Shown in pieces: positions 62,101-64,000 of a stretch of DNA of 64,000 bases. Each line of letters starts with the position of its first letter. Position 1 is the first letter of the stretch. The notes beneath the pieces are model-generated. The model saw nothing but the letters and a program-made list of their open reading frames with translations, was not told the origin of the DNA and did no database searches. The position numbers were made by a program, and so were the translations under genes. This DNA comes from Lepidodermella squamata (lineage: Eukaryota > Animalia > Gastrotricha). The DNA lies in the NCBI GenBank assembly GCA_047495785.1, contig JBLDXI010000002.1, positions 2,108,001 through 2,172,000 of the forward strand, in the 5' to 3' direction.

Positions 62101-62468
62101 CCGTCTCATTTCGACGCTGATCAGGGTGTGACCTGGTAATGTGCTGAGCTAGGCCTTTGTTCGAGGCGAATTTTCTGTCACAGTGAGGACAATCTATCAA
62201 GGGAGCTGTTCCGCCTTCGCCGGCGGTTGTATCTTTGTGTTTCATTCGCATGTGGCAACCAAGTCCTCGATTGTCTAAAAATTTCGCGTTGCAATTCGCT
62301 TCTGGACATAAGACTGTCTTAATCTTCTTCGGCTTCTCGTTCGAAATGCTACTTGACGATTGTCTATTTGTCTCAAGTTCGGTCGCTGGTTTCGGCGAGT
62401 TCAGTACACTTTCTATTTGATCAACAACGAGTGTTCCAGACCAGGCTTCACTATTAACAACTACTTGG
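59200..62468 (-). mobile_element. RLE-type non-LTR retrotransposon (R2/NeSL-like), 5'-truncated and frameshifted
   Basis: Two C2H2 fingers (CPEANC...HMRMKH, CPHC...HITRSH). RT motifs SPGPD, WRPITI, QRGF, DLAKAFD, GVMQGSPISP, FADD, YLG. Then CRRC...ETLAHFLGAC, RHNK, RRFDIL, IIDPTIRFE and KRSIY (RLE). Frameshifts near 61600, 60860 and 59400; reconstructed stop 59296; AATAAA near 59208. Confidence 0.92.
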
Positions 62469-63270
62469 ATAAGTGGATAAGTGGATAAGGATAAGTGGGG
62501 AAATGAAGGCCGTACCCGAATTATCGCCGCGTTTTCAAAAAATCAAGAATATAGTCGCCGCGGCCCTTATTCGGTATCTTGAAAAAATACGGGATCTTTT
62601 AGCGGAACCAAATTTGGCTGTTGCGGAACCTAAATTCAGAGAAGCCAAAGGTGATTTACGAATATTTCTGCGATGTTAATGCAATGTAAGACTTTTATAG
62701 TGAAGAACGTGTCTTTTTCCAGAATTTTACGCTGAAGATGATAAAGAATTGTACCATGCGGGGTTGATTTAATGGCAATCTCATGATTCGTTAGTTAGAC
62801 GTGAATTAGACGTGAATTATGGAATCAATCGTAGTTCGGCAGAAATAGTAGCCGAAATATATTAGTTGTGGCAGAGGGGCAAAAGGGTAAAATCCCTAAC
62901 AAGACGTGGTCATAATACGAAAATGGTAGCACAAAAATAACACAACTACGGTAGTGCTACGGCGACTGCTATTTCGGTACTATCACAGTGCTACGTAGCA
63001 CTTTAGGGTGCTACGGCCAGCTTGAATTTTTTTAAAGACATCAAAACTAGCACAGGATTTTCACGAATTTCCGTTTCCTGTCTGTATGAAAGGCAGGCTA
63101 CATGAAAACAAGTCAATAACCGAAAAACACAGTAAGGCAAGAATATTCAGCATGTAGCCAGCTGAATATCATAAGCTGAATGTATATCGGATACTTCCCG
63201 AGTAGTAGGTGCGTTAAATACAAATTGCTGCGAAATGTGTACAAAGAAGAGTCATAATAGGAAATCGTTG

Positions 63271-63504
63271 ACAACCCGTGATCGGAAGGGAGTCTCTGGA
63301 ACCCGTGAAAGTGGGCTGGAAACCAAACTCTAAAATCAGCCAGAATGCTAGCTATGTGTTATGGGGAACTTTGGGGTCCCAGGGCGACCAGGTGGTGAAA
63401 GACGGGCGGGTTCCAGCCTATTCAACTAACAGCTGGGATCCCAGGTAACCCGTTAACAACCCGTCATGGGGAAGGGAGTCTCCAGAACCCGTGAAATTGG
63501 GCTC
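63271..63504. repeat. Diverged ~47-bp direct repeat pair spaced 185 bp apart
   Basis: ACAACCCGT-AT-GGAAGGGAGTCT-AACCCGTGAAA-TGGGCT at 63271-63317 and 63456-63504. Confidence 0.6.
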
Positions 63505-64000
63505 TGATTTTCTTGCCTGAAATCAGCCAACAGCCGGTTTGCCATCGCAGGCAGCGACAACAATTAAGGGGACATTGGTCAGTATGAACAGTAGCAAATT
63601 CATCATACTCGGCTCCGGCTTGTTACTGTAGACCTCTAGCCTCTAGGTAGTATGTGAATACATTATATATCATGGTTTGACATACTTTTAAACGTTTTCT
63701 ACAACGAGACTGAAGCAGTTTTACCTGATTTTTATCACCGTTCACGTGACCTTTTATACCCCGCTCATATTAAGGTAATTCGCCAATGCGAGTCCCTGAT
63801 TGGCTATATGCTAGTTTTTGAAATTTCATAAATTTGAAGTCAGGGCGAATTTAAAAATGCTACGGCGCCGATATGACTGGCCGTACCGGCACCACGTAGC
63901 AGTGCCGTTCTTTCGGGTAGTAAGAACCCTACCTTCTATACCCGAAAGTATAGTAACGGTGCGAGTGCTATGAAATTCGACCAATAGCAAAAGTGGCTTC

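Overview
Eukaryotic genomic DNA from an animal, probably an invertebrate with a compact genome; the species cannot be identified from the sequence alone. The region is gene-dense with very short (mostly 50-60 bp) GT-AG introns. Genes from hand splicing: three GABA-B-like class C GPCRs (two complete and intronless, one cut by the window edge), a small secreted Cys-rich protein, a secreted 6xCCP/Sushi + NHL-like protein, a CRACD/KIAA1211 (DUF4592)-like protein, a degenerate galectin, intronless GPD1, an F-box/LRR protein, a C-factor/sniffer-type SDR, kinesin-7/CENP-E and a fungal-type GT15 mannosyltransferase (HGT candidate). Two chimeric genes appear only after splicing. (i) An 888-aa NEK-like pseudokinase - Ser-rich linker - CBP/p300-type TAZ1 - KIX - RING-H2 protein, a candidate coactivator-mimic E3 ligase. 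(ii) A 365-aa peroxiredoxin lacking its catalytic cysteine, fused to two ubiquitin-like domains. Most start codons lie just downstream of a splice-acceptor-like AG, suggesting SL trans-splicing and possibly operons. The last ~9 kb is a transposon nest: a Penelope GIY-YIG remnant whose hammerhead ribozyme is split by an 8-bp-TSD MITE, nested MITEs, and a frameshifted RLE-type non-LTR retrotransposon. All domain calls come from motif recognition by eye, not from database searches.
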